This document shows, in pieces, positions 37,476 to 50,349 of a DNA stretch of 57,204 nucleotides. The first letter of the stretch is position 1. Every line of letters begins with the position of its first letter. The notes under the pieces were generated by a model that had not been told where the DNA came from, did not search any database, and was given only the letters and a program-made list of their open reading frames with translations. Source of the stretch: Chara braunii (taxonomy: Eukaryota > Plantae > Charophyceae). The DNA lies in contig BFEA01000011.1 in NCBI GenBank assembly GCA_003427395.1, forward strand, positions 6,302,195 through 6,359,398, written 5' to 3'. A program made the position numbers and the translations under genes.

Positions 37476-39296
37476 TATATATATATATATCTATATATAT
37501 ATATATATATATATACTGTGTTGTGTGATCATTTGCGTATGACAAGGTGTGTCTCAGAAAGAGGCAGAGGGACAGGCAAAAACATACTAATGAATACGGG
37601 CAAATTGATATAGGGAAAACAGGGCAGCCTGACACGGGCAGTGATGGGGAACCAGATTTACACAGACTAGACAAGACCAACACAGACTAACAGACAAACA
37701 GAAACAAAGAGAGAAAATCCGCTAAGATGGAAGAATGAAATCGAATGAATCTCCCGCTGCATATGTTGGTGGTGGCGGGATAAGAACTCTTATTGACATT
37801 GGTTTTCAGTACTACGTTTTCTTGATGTCATATTAGTGCGGTGCTGCTCTTTGGGCACCATGATACAATCTGACTTTCAAAATGGTTGTGCAGTCTGAAT
37901 ATTGTCTTCTGGATGTTATTAATAACTTTTTTTTTTTTAATCATCTTTTTTTATTAATGCAATAAATTCTTCCCAGGGTATATGATGGGCCACCAATCGC
38001 ATTGTGAGGGTGGGTCTGCCACCCGATTTGATTGAGTGCAAGCTTGTGCCTGACGTGTCTCCCGGACCGCAGCCCGGTATGTCACTTTTCGTGACAGGCC
38101 GTGACTGCGTCACGCTTGGGGAGGCAGGGAGATCTCTGACAACTCAGTTGGCTCCTTCCCCCCCCCCCAATAGGATGAGCAGAAGTACGAAGGGACAAAC
38201 ATACATACGCACACTAACGAACAACGACAAACGGAATCAGACAAAAAAAATCAGACAATCGAACACAGTCAAACAGAAACATGGATAGTCAGGCTGACCG
38301 ACACACACAGGCAGTGGCAGACAACCACACAAACAAACAAGTGTCGTAAGAGAGAAAAAGAGAGGACTAGACTAGACAATCGAAACAAACCAAAAAGACA
38401 TACAAACGGACATGAACATACGAACTCAGACAAACAAATCAGACTGACATACAGAAGGGCAGCGCTTCCGCACGGTGCACAACAGGATGCATGAAAGGTT
38501 GGATGCTGCCTATTGATTTATAAATATGTGAGTCACTGGCCTGCTTCTTTTCCACCAGGCCTGGGCGCACACAGTCCCGCGTGGTACGTTCTGATTGGAC
38601 TGAGCGAGACCGGGACTGGGTGTCGCGGACTCATCAGGGGTGGACCTCACCACTTATCCCATGGGTGTGTGCATCTATGTAGACAGAACGGGCACGTTGA
38701 CGGACAAAGGAGACAAAAACAGAAATAGACACAAGGCGACAAAACCGACAGGTAGATAAACACATACAAGTTCAAGTGCAAACAGCGAGGCATATACAAT
38801 GAAATAAAACTGTGGTACACACGCAGACAGACGTTGGGACGCCCAAATACACATAGATAGTTGTAGTCCATGACAGTTATATGCAGGTGGTGTAGTTCAC
38901 ACGAACAACAGTGAGGCTCACGCACACTGAGAACGCGCTGTGACACAGAGAAGGAGAGACATTTACATACAAAGAGTGAGAAGGAAGGAGGAGAAAGGGG
39001 AGATGGCTATGGAGGTTGACATCGTAAACATTGGTCTTTGAGGGTCAAAGTGAGCCTGTTGCATGAGCGCAGGTATAGGTAGGACAGTCGATTAGAATAA
39101 GACAGGCGTTGGGCGTCGGATATAAAGGGCGACTTTGATACTATGATGGTGTGGCCTATGGGTTTGTATGATGACTTGCTACTCTTTAATTGCTCTGGTT
39201 GGGTAAATTCTTAGTGCACTTGGGCTCTGTGCTCATACATGACCACTTCGCCATCTATGAGATTTTGCAACATGATTTGCGGTGTACCATATTCCT

Positions 39297-39350
<54 letters not shown>

Positions 39351-39915
39351 GATGTTGTTGTTGATGTTGTTCAGCAAATTATGGCCCCAGCTACCCTCGT
39401 GGCCGCCCTAAATGAAGGTGAACCTAAATGACCACGAGGGGTCCTTGTCCCAACATTTTCTGATGTGGGGCTCGGACAACTGCTGCAGACTAAATGATTA
39501 GAGTACAAACGGGACCTCTCCCTGGGTTGTTCCAAGAGAAACAACTGCGAACGTGCACGCAGTGAAGGGCTGGCGTGATGTGAAGTGACCACAGGACACT
39601 GAGAACGCGGCATTGACCCCGAGTCCGCGCACGGGGCACTGAAAGGTTCTGCGCGCGGTACCTTGGGATCTACAGTTGACTTTGACCGCTGAATTTCTTG
39701 AAAGCAGTGATTGGTCGCGCAATCAAACGCGGTAGATATAGGCACTGGGCGTCGGACCAAAAAGACAAAATTTTACCATACTTGTGTGGCTTATTGCTCC
39801 ATTGCATTGCTCTGTGTGGATTGATATTCGATGCATTTGAACTGAATACTCTCGCAAGATTACAGAAACCTCCATCGAATCCACGACTTGGTGTTCTATA
39901 TATCGCTCACGATCC

Positions 39916-39973
<58 letters not shown>

Positions 39974-40924
39974 GGTCATTTTTATTGATATTGTTATTAT
40001 CAGGCAACATGGGTCAAAGATGAAGGAGATGAGGGACATTGGAGAGGGGGAGGAATATCGTCACCGTGTGACGGTATCTACCTCCTCCATCCTTTTCCCT
40101 TCTCCTTCAATCTGAACCCCTCCATCTTTTTCTCTCTCCATACCTATCCAAGATTATTGTTATGATCATTATTGCTACTAAGCACCAGCCTGCAATTCTT
40201 TGATGAGTGACGACAAAGGAAGTGGGGAAGATCAGGTTTGGAGGAGAGATGAAATACTGGAGAGGAGAGGGACATCGTCACCGTGTGACGGCATCTGCCT
40301 CCTCCATCCGTCTCCATTTCTCCCGTAATCTAATCCCCTCATTTCCTTGGTTTTCACCACTCTCTGGAATAGTATGAATCTCATCAAATGTAAATGTCAA
40401 CTCTGTGGAAGACGGGTGATCGGATGGTCAAAATAAATAGGGCGATTGCGGGAGCTCTGCCGGAGTTTAGGAGGAACTCTGGAGGCAGGGAACCATGAGG
40501 TACGCGTCACTTATTCCTTTCTCGTATCCCTTACCGACTACGACTCTCTATTGGGCTGCATGTATGGATGCATGTTATACATGCCCTTGTTTTCTTCAGG
40601 ATTAAAACTTCCAGGAAGAATTGAATAAACGTATGATTGAAGTAAGAATCCTGCTTGATGGAAGAAAGGAACTTAGGAAGAACTAAAAAAGGAACCTAGT
40701 TTGTTTGGCTCTGAAACATAAACCCGTGTGATGGAGGCCCTCGTAGGGTCGTCACACTGCTTGTATGAGCTAACTAAGGCAGATGACGAGGAACTCGCCA
40801 TGCGAAGTTACCCTGCCATTGGTCCGGCTAAAGTAACAATATGATGCAATATCTGCTGATTTCGGCGCTTGTGACGGGAGACTGCCGTGCAGTTTTCCCA
40901 TTACCTTACAGGTTAGGTTTAAGA

Positions 40925-41375
40925 AATAATCTGGTACTCCCGTGGGGTACACTTCTTCAATCATTAACAAAAGCCAAGTGATCCGGTACTCCCGTGGGGT
41001 ACACTTCTTCAATCATTAACAAAAACCAAGTGATCCGGTACTNNNNNNNNNNNNNNNNNNNNNNNNNNNNNNNNNNNNNNNNNNNNNNNNNNNNNNNNNN
41101 NNNNNNNNNNNNNNNNNNNNNNNNNNNNNNNNNNNNNNNNNNNNNNNNNNNNNNNNNNNNNNNNNNNNNNNNNNNNNNNNNNNNNNNNNNNNNNNNNNNN
41201 NNNNNNNNNNNNNNNNNNNNNNNNNNNNNNNNCAAGTGATCCGGTACTTTCGTGGGGTACACTTCTTCAATCATTAACAAAAACCAAGTGATCCGGTACT
41301 CCCGTGGGGTACATGACTTCAGACATCTGACAAAAGCAAAGTTAATCCGGTACTCTCGTGGGGTACGTATCTTCA
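40925..41375 (+). repeat. 52-bp tandem repeat with hairpin GTACTCCCGTGGGGTAC, spanning an assembly gap
   Basis: caagtgatccggtactcccgtggggtacacttcttcaatcattaacaaaaac is repeated on both sides of the N run. Confidence 0.92.
41043..41232. other. Assembly gap (N run)
   Basis: Run of n within the 52-bp tandem array. Confidence 1.
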
Positions 41376-43829
41376 ACAGCTAACAAAGGCAAAAGGTAGC
41401 AGGAGGCTCCCGTGGGGCTCTCCTTTCACTGATCGCACCAAACTGGAAAAGGAATTGGGTACTCCGGGTGAGTACTCGAACCCCTAAGTTTTGGTTGATC
41501 TGTTCGGCTTCCCGTGGGAGTCAACATACCTTTTGTTCAGTTACGGTGCATAGGCTAATTAGGTGAGCTGTCAGGGCAACTCAACCAAGAGTTGTTTTGA
41601 TCTCCTACGGATCAAACTGGTAGTAGGATGATTCTCATGAGGTTTATCCTAATACTTGTTTGATTTGGGGGTCAACTAACGGGGGCTAGGAATGAGGCGA
41701 TTGTGTTTGGACAGTAGAGGGATACTCCCGGATGAGTAACCCTACTACTTGTTCAAGTATGACTGATGGGTGATATAATCTGTTTATTTAACGTTAAAGC
41801 AGAAAAAATGGGAGGCTCCCGTGGGGTCATCCTATTGCTTGTTTGACTCTATCTTAACAGGTCTAATAAGATAGACCAGCAAAGGGAGGATCTGGTGTTT
41901 GCCTGAGTCCACTAACATAATCCTAGCCCGTCTGACTCTAAGTAAGTAGTAGGGTGGCTCCCGTAGGGTTGCCCTATTACACTTTTGAAGGAAAGACTGA
42001 ACTCTGATCAAGGAAATAATAGGAGGCTTCCGTGAAGACCGCCTATTACTAACTTTAATTCTGAATTGACACATGGAGTTGGAATGTTTCCTGAATATTG
42101 GGTCAAGCGTCGAGATGGTTCGATTAGGACCTCCTAACTATCTGCTTAACTAATAAAAGGATACTCCCGGGTGAGTTATCTTATCGTTTGCACTAGGATG
42201 CATGAATTGCTTGGTTGCGTGAGGACTACATGGACTTTGAGGGGTGACTGAGTGTCCCCATGGGCCGACTCGACTACTCTTCTGACTAACGGATTGTTTG
42301 GAATTGATCAAGTAGTGGAAGATTCCCGGGTGGATTAGCCCACTACTTGCGTAAGCCAGGACAAGAAGAAAAGAAAGGAAAAAAGGAAGTGTTCCATCGG
42401 GAGCGACTCCAAAGGTTCCTTAAAAGGAACGTAAGAGAAGGCAAAGACCGCGAGGGAAAGGAATTAGAGAAAGAAGATACCCTGTGTAGCCACAGTTCAT
42501 TGGAAAAACCGTCACTGATTTGAGTTGATCTCGGCCAGACTACCGTATAAAGCACCAAAGAGTGTGCTTATCTGCAAGAGAGAGAATGTCAGGACTGAAA
42601 GGAGGAGAAGTATGAGTTTCCCTAAAAGACAACTTAGGATATAGGCAAGAAACTCCTTGAAATAAAAGGAGGAGGAGTGACAGACGACTCAGGGTAGATA
42701 GAAACTAGGGGTTAGACTTTGGGGAGGTTGATCCCAAAAAACTCACAGACAAGATCTAAGGGCGGGACCCTTAGATATCAATATGTGGGGAATCGAGTGG
42801 GAGTGTTGAATCTTTGTTGACTTGTGTGTGTGCAGGTCCCTGTTTTGATTTACTACAATTGAAGGAGAAGTCCTACAAAGAAGACTCAACTTTTCTGCTA
42901 TCTCTCGATAACAGGTCGGTCGTTGCCGATTCAACTTTTCCTCCTTTGACTTGATACCCACATCTAAAGTCAAACCCTGTGGTCAGTAAAACTGTCACTT
43001 GTGGTCATTGTCTAAATGGTTCTGGTCACTCTCAAGGGTCCTTTGAATAAATGTGAGGGGGTTGGGTTTGCATTTCAGGAAAGATAGAGCTGTCATACAT
43101 GGTTTGGGGAGTGAGGGACAATGTCAATGGTTGATGGTTGACGCCGTTAGTGCATGGCGTGTAATTTGTCTTTGCATTATTTTGTGCAGATCTGTCTTGT
43201 GGATAGTTTGGATTGAACTGGGATTGACATCATGAAGAGTCTGGACACTCAGCACTTGTGGAAGTGGGAAGGGTTCCCAACGGTAATACCTCGATATTCA
43301 TAATCAAGTTTTATATAACTTCTATATTATCTGATGATCAGTCATACGTTGAGTAGAATATAATATTTTTGGTAGTGACAAGGTTTGTTTTGATACGTTG
43401 AACATAGTGGTTAGAAGGAGAATGTGCTTTGGGAACAGAAGCGGAAGTAGACGACCATCTCAAAGTTCGACCTGAACATCTAACGGGTCAGTCCTAGGCG
43501 TCTTACCGCGCATACCCCATTTTGTGCTACAGCGATCGAGAAAACGCCATCGGCCGACCTACCTCTACAAAGGCATGTAAAAGCCTTCGCATGTAGGTCG
43601 GTACCTCAGCAGGGATACGCCTACCTAAGGGTGGTGACAGCCCCTTGGGTAGAGGTAAGTTGTACCTCACACCGCCCCGACCTGTCGTGGGGCGTCGTGA
43701 GAGGTATAGCCGGCGCGCACGGTTGGAGTGCTGACAAGTTGATTCTTCAAAAATAAATCCTGCGTGACACGACCATGAGGTTCAACGCTCTCAGTGGGGT
43801 GCGGGACCGCCGCGCGCGACAACGATCAT

Positions 43830-44430
43830 ATGTAGCGGAGAGCGGGATGTGAGCGATGTTAGGGGAGTGCAGCAGGATGATAACAACAATGCGTGGAGAG
43901 ATCACATGACAAATAAAGCATTGGTTTTTAGCAGAAAAAAGTCTTCCGCTTGTCCGATCACAACAAATGGATCACCAGCTCCCTATTCGCAACAAAATGC
44001 GAGCAGAGATGAAGGAGGACAAAATATGGAGACGGAGCGAGAACGATCCTTAAGGTGCACCTGCGTTCAAGACGACACTCACTAAAGTTTCTTAAATGAG
44101 CAGGGACGACGTGAACCTTAGTGTGACGCTGCAGCAACTTGCTTTTGCATAAATGGTTCTTCAACGTGAAGTGGAGCAGACAAAGAAGACTAGTAGAGCA
44201 GCAAACCAGATATAAGAAATAACATGTATAAAGTAGGACATCACTTCATCACTCCGCAACCTCGACACAGTCATAAGTTTTTCGATTTTGAAGTTGGACC
44301 ACACTATATATGTTTCTGACAAGGCCATTGCATTATTTCGGATTGGACGCCTTTTTGTCTGGAGGAGTGAGGCAAATAACATACCTATTACCAATGACGG
44401 TTTTGACTTGAAGTTCATTGCACCAACCCG
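43830..44430 (+). pseudogene. Decayed reading frame of an unidentified, probably transposon-borne protein
   Basis: One frame reads MRGEIT*QIKHWFLAEKSLPLVRSQQ...RNKMRAEMKEDKIWRRSENDP*GAPAFK...LQQLAFA*MVLQRE..., which is protein-like with isolated stops. No family recognised. Confidence 0.4.
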
Positions 44431-46989
44431 TGAAAGAGGCAGAGACGGGGAGAGAGATAAAAAAAAATTGTGTGCTTGGCCTTGAACAGTGGGCGCAGGA
44501 GAGGAGGGGAAAACGGTGGTGTGAATCATGAAATTGACAATGTTATCTGCCCACAAACGTTGCAGGAAGTCACTTTCATTGCATACTATCAAGAAACAGA
44601 AAGAGAAAAAAAAATATCGAGGGAGAGAGAGCGAGAGATGGAGAGACAAACAAACAAAGAGAGAGACAAGCAGACACAGAGACAAACAGACAGATAGACG
44701 AGCAAACGGAGATAATGACTGTGAAGTACGATACTCAAATAATGAGTGTACAACGTGTGTTGTATAATTTATGATACATTATTGTACAATCGATTGTGTA
44801 TAAATCATTGTCATATTAAAGAGTGAGCAATTATGCAATATTTTAACATTGTAATGTATAAAAAAGTCACATTTTTCATAGGTAAAAAGTTTGTCGAAGA
44901 AAGCACAAGAATCGCTTGCAACTACTTCGACACAATGATCATATAGACAACTACGTACACTAAAAACATGAAATATTTGTCTGTCAAACATCACTCATAA
45001 CCTGCAAATGTTATTGGTTGTCGTCGGTGCAAGGTTAACTATTGTGTGTCACTTCATGTCCCAGAATGACATGTTGGAGATTTTGTGTCACGCACTAGTG
45101 AACTCTGCTTGTAGCAGGTAACAAACCATATTATTGAGGTTCCCACGTGTGTCCATTCGTAAAATGAATTACCACAAACCAGAAGAGGAAAAAAGAAACG
45201 TTGGCTCTTGCGTGCTAGTTCATAAATACAGTTCATTTCCATAAAAAACAAACTCGTCATAATACATTTTTCCCTCTTCCTCTTTCAGTCTCCCCCCTCT
45301 CCCCGCACCCCCTACCCCCCCTTCCCACCATGTTTTTCGACAACGTCATCAAATAGAACCTATGAAATATTCAGTGTCTATTATATTTCAGAAGTATGTG
45401 AAGACTCAAAGATTCAAAAATACGAAAGCACAGTGTAGTGTGTTGCAACTGCGGATAGAGGTGAGTCTTCGTAGTTTCTGTAATTCATGTACTGCGTCGT
45501 TGCCCCCCTCCTTCCGCATGTCACAATTTGTGTGGAAATGTCTGGTGTCTATCATACTACCGTACACGTACAACGACCATATGTGTCGTGACCTGCTCAA
45601 TGACAAGGGTCGGCCAGATCCTCATTCTGCCATAATGATGTGCATTGTTTTGTCGCATTCTCATCAACAACAGACAAAACGGTTGTACTCGTATTGGAAG
45701 AAACCACACCACTGTACGACCCGAACGCTAAAAATGGATTTTTTTCCCAACAAGAAATGCAATATTCAACAATTGGTCAACACACTTCTAATAATTTTTC
45801 AACATGTTTTCGATAAATGGAATAACAGTTTAACACATTATATTTTGTTTACGACATTTGTGATCATCGTTGAATTCCCTCACTTTTAGTGGACCACATG
45901 TCACCCCCCTTGCCAAACAGTTTATGAACACAGTTCCAATGATTTATAAATGGGGCCCACATGTGATAAATTTTATCACAAAATTTGCCACAATTTTTAT
46001 GTTGAAAGAAATAAGGTATAGCCATCTGCCAAAAATACTTACTAAGAACACAATTGATTTCTGAGTTTTGCAGCTTTGATGTACGCCTTGCTGAAATTCT
46101 CCCGGTTTGTTGAGTTTATGTGTGCATGTTTGTTGATCTGCGTGTTTGTCGGCCTAAGAGTGTGAGTGACCTGCAGTTTGTGTGTGTGCACGTTTGCTAG
46201 ACTGCGTGTCTGTCTAAATGTTTGTCGGCCTAAGTATGTGAGTGGCCCGCAAGTATGTGTTTGTGCACGCTTGCTGGTATGAGTGTCTGTCTGAGTGTGT
46301 TTCGGCCTGCATATATGTGTGACCCGCAAAGACACTTGTTCATTTGAGAGGCCCCTACACGACAAGTACTTACCTATTGCTATGTCTTTAAGGTTTACAG
46401 TGTGAAAAACACTCAAGTAGCAGGGTTAGGTTGGTGACACTTAGAGTCACTCAAGTAATAGAGGTAGGTTTGCGACATGTATAGAAGCAGGGAACAGTTG
46501 TATGGTCAAGACGTATATTAACTTAGCTTGACTAATGTGCCGACGCTTAAGTCTTTATGTGTATCATAGGTTTACCCGACATATCACTAACCCAATCGAT
46601 ACCTTGACCTCTACAGTAGATGAACTATTTTCACACTCCTAAATTTATCGCGCGTCGTGCCAAGGCATACACCTTGTGTACGTTTGGTTTCGTCGTCTTC
46701 CAGTCATCGAGGTTGTTGTGTAGGCTTGGTTTTAATGAACTGAACCCTCAACCTTCGGTCGAAGAATATTGTCATTGATTAGTCTTAACGTGTGTCACGA
46801 CATCCCATGCGCACATTGACAAAATTCATTTATAGATACACCTCGATTTCAATATCGAGAGAACGGTCTCAAAGTGTCACGCAAATAATGCGCATACTCT
46901 TGTCTTCAAACCGACTTCATCATGGTAGTCGATATCGTCACTGGTCAACTGTAAAAACATGACCAAATACCCTTGTAAGGGTCTCACAA

Positions 46990-47400
46990 CGGTAAGGTCT
47001 TTATTTTTTGTCCTACATTGGTGTTATCCACCAACCAATCGTATGTTGGTAGGCAACAATGAGCAATTAACCACTGCAAAAAAATGATCTTGGTTGACTT
47101 AGACTTGCTTTTATGAAACAATTGGATCGGTGTGCGGAACTTATGATCCACGTTGCGATGCTTGTCGTCGATTACATCTCACAAATTACTTTTTGGGTAT
47201 GAGTATCTTATAAGTGGATTTGACTGGTAGGGTGTGGAGGTGGATCATCCAGAGGGGAGTATTGGTCGGTCTTCTAGAGGTGTTCCATTTCCAATCCCGT
47301 GGATCGAAAGTCAAATCTTACATGCAAGTTTTTGGTTGGAAAACAAAAGCATCTTCGCCCTCTCCCATAGCTCGAACTTGAAACAAGAAACAATTCAGAT
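46990..47400 (-). pseudogene. Possible LINE ORF2 C-terminal fragment (zf-RVT-like region)
   Basis: DLTFDPRDWKW...LLPTNIRL resembles the region before the LINE C-terminal zinc finger. Heavily decayed. Confidence 0.35.
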
Positions 47401-47539
47401 ACTAATATCTTGAAAGGAGTTGAAGAGTGATTTACAAGAGCAGGTAGATCCACAGGTTTAAAATTATCTACTAGAGGTCTTTCATAGCATATAGGTAGGC
47501 CAAAACAGACATGTATGCGATGTAGATGAAAACAACAAT

Positions 47540-47631
47540 TCTCTACCGTGTGGGTGTGAGGAACATAACCCTAAGGTAGCCAAAACAATGAGACTCAGCG
47601 TGCGCGAGCACACGAGAGAGAAAGAGAGAGA

Positions 47632-47724
<93 letters not shown>

Positions 47725-48260
47725 GGAGAGAGAGAGAGAGGTTCAATGATAAAAATAGAATATGGGTCAAATTGCCACCATGATCTATTTCACGGTTGAA
47801 ATAAAATTTTCAATTTACTTTATATTTTTCTTGAAAATATTATAGCAATATCTTCGAGCAATCCAATTTTCAGATTTTTTCATGCATTCTTATGAGCACA
47901 AAAAATCACTGAAATTTGAGTATTTTTCCATTGGCCCACACCGAGTGACGAAAATGGAAAACATGTCGAATCAACGATGTGATTGTTTTGCGGTCTTAAT
48001 GATTTTTAAAAAAAATTCTGATATTTTTCATGGAAAAAACACAACCTAGTTTATGGATTCTACAAGTTAAAGATTTTTCAGTGAATTCCTCCAAGCACAA
48101 AAAATCACCAAAGTTGCATCTTGCAAATTGCGAGACTGGACTTGCCGATACTTTTTGCCTAACCTGCTTCTGAGACTCCCGACAACGTCTCCCCTTCATA
48201 CTTTTTTTTGGGGTTCGCTTCCACCTAACGATTGGTCCTTCTTTTCTTCAAAAGTTTCGG
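47540..48260 (+). mobile_element. Older partial copy of the foldback family
   Basis: ctaccgtgtgggtgtgaggaacataaccctaaggtagccaaaacaatgagact matches the terminus at 51023. gagcacaaaaaatcaccaaag matches about 50722. Confidence 0.65.
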
Positions 48261-48558
48261 TTTTACGATAACTTTGTCTCAATCTGAAAAAAACATACGT
48301 ATGTTTTATTTAACTTACCTAAAAAAAACGGGTTTTCCAAAATTTCTGATTTTTTTTCCGAATAGAATGTACGCTTGAATATACGTACGTACGTTGTATT
48401 TGAATTTTTTATAATAAAAAAAAAAAAAAAACTTGGAAAAAAAAAAAAGTTGTACAACTTTGAAATTCAAATAATTTTTATATCAGGGTGATCTCAAAAT
48501 TCACAATCAAATTCGATAAAAAAATAAAAATAGTAATTAAAAAAAATATCCTTTTATG

Positions 48559-48821
48559 CTAGGTTACCATTCGGGCCGCCCGGGTCCCCCTATTTTCCCG
48601 GGCGGCCCGGTTGTGCAAGGATTAAGAAAGGCCCCATCAAAAAAAAAAAAAAATCCAAAAAATACGAAAAAACTATGTTATGCAGGAAAATAAACTGAAA
48701 AAAATTTGCCTCAGGGTTAGATCGAAATTTTTTACTAAATTTAAAATAAAAAATATTTTTTTGTTTTTTATTTATTTTGGTCCGGACGGACAAGTGGACC
48801 CGGGCTACTCTGGTAGCCTAG
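48559..48821. mobile_element. Small hAT-like MITE
   Basis: ctaggttacca ... tggtagcctag termini and cccggg subterminal motifs. TSD not convincing. Confidence 0.5.
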
Positions 48822-49675
48822 CTTTCAGCGCGTTTGGTTATGTGATTAAAGAAAAAAAAAAAAAAAAAAGTATTTTTTAAGGGCATTCTGCAGTGCTTTT
48901 TGATTTATTAAGAATTTTAATTAAGAAAAAATATGAAAAAAAAACTATATTATAGGAAATTGCAACACAAACAACTTTCGCTTGTCTTGGAAAAATTCCC
49001 AACTAAATTTGAGAAAAAAAAAAAAATGATGTATAGAATTGCAATCTTCTGCAAAGTTGTACCCTAAAACTTGTTGTACAGTGTATGTACGTTGTATTCA
49101 TATAAAACATACATACGTTTTATTCCGAGTTAAGATAGTAGTTATAGGTCGTCCGCAATATCACCAAGGACTGGTCTCCCTAAAACTTTTGTCTCGTAAA
49201 AACCCACGTGTCTTAGTCGCTCGCTGCTGAAAATGCAGCACCTTGATACAGACGTTGAGGTCCACTATACTGAAGCCTTAGGGTTGTGAACATCATATGG
49301 AAGCATTGGAAAATTAACGAAGACGCTAGGCATGCCTTAGGGTTGTGAAAATCATATGGCAACAAAGTTTGCGTCCTTAATATTTTGCAATCCCTTACCT
49401 ACTCATAAACTTTGTGCTCGTCACAATCTTCCCACAGTGAACTGACAAGAATCCCCACAAATACTGACTGCCCTGGCTCCGTGAACCACCCTTCCTACAA
49501 AATTAACATTCCAATATCCACCCTAACCCTTTTTCTGTCTTCCCGCCTCTCTAACCTCCCTCACCCATTTTAACCATAAATGTTGGCTTCGTATGAAACT
49601 TGCCTGCTAAAATTTGTTATCTTGTTGATTATCGGCTCCATTTTTTTCTTGGCCAGGCAGTGAAGGAAGCTGACG

Positions 49676-49747
49676 AGCGGAAAAAGGGATTTAAACCCTC
49701 AAACTTAGCCTTGGCAAGACTATACTCTACCATTAAGTTATTTCCGC
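49676..49747 (-). pseudogene. trnG: Mitochondrial-type tRNA-Gly(GCC) copy (NUMT), mutated
   Basis: Reverse complement GCGGAAATAACTTAATGGTAGAGTATAGTCTTGCCAAGGCTAAGTTTGAGGGTTTAAATCCCTTTTTCCGCT: 72-nt cloverleaf with GCC anticodon, plant mitochondrial trnG pattern, T-loop TTC mutated to TTT. Confidence 0.85.
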
Positions 49748-50349
49748 CATCAATCCACTTTGTGGTGCGCTCGCCGTGAGATGAGAGGCCGAAGGAAAAA
49801 AAAAAAAAAAAAAAAAAAAAACGCTCTTGCGAGCATGGCTCGCCAGCAAAGCAGAGTGAGCCTAAGTAGATAACTTTTGTCAAAAATTTACTCAGAGTTT
49901 CTTAGCAACTCACTCAGGTCAATTACGTACAAGAAGAATGTTCATTTTTTTCTCCATTAATAATAACAAACTCTTTTGTTTGTCTAATTAAGTATACGTT
50001 TTTTTTGCTACTTTTTGAACAGGCGGATTACCATAAAAAATAGATAACTTTTTAATCGCTTGTAATTTTTGTGAAAATTCACCGGCCTTGTTTTTTTTTT
50101 TTTTAGCCTTCGAAATATTTTTTTTGTTTGTTTTTGAGTAAGTCTAATTGTTTAGAGGAAGGGGGGCAGATAGGAGGATTATAGAAGGCGTGTAGATGAA
50201 AAGTCCAACAACTGGGGCGATATTTGACTAAAGCAAAAAAAAACTAGAAGTCAAGAGGGGTCTGGAGAGCCGTAGGAAGGTCGGAAGGCTACCTTAGGAG
50301 ACGAGACTAGAAGGGCAGGGGTCAACTTTGGATAGGGCAGAGGAAAATA

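Larger units (their letters stand above)
23706..43821 (+). mobile_element. 5'-truncated decayed Ty3/Gypsy LTR retrotransposon with extra ORF; nested insertions at about 33309-39915
   Basis: Domain order gag-PR-RT-RH-INT. The 3' sequences are collinear with the minus-strand relative on both sides of the nested block. Confidence 0.8.
39971..43821 (+). mobile_element. 3' terminal/LTR-like region of the plus-strand Gypsy element
   Basis: Homologous to the reverse complement of 11763-15166. Ends in CGCGCGCGACA, with AATAAA near 43751 and no PBS following. Confidence 0.75.

Noticed and set aside
11763-43821. One giant TIR transposon bounded by the 3-kb inverted repeats
   Set aside because: The arms are clearly diverged, there is no TSD, and each arm continues into its own gag-related interior, so two retroelements explain it better.
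49676-49747. Functional nuclear tRNA-Gly
   Set aside because: Organelle-type sequence with a mutated T-loop and weakened stems.
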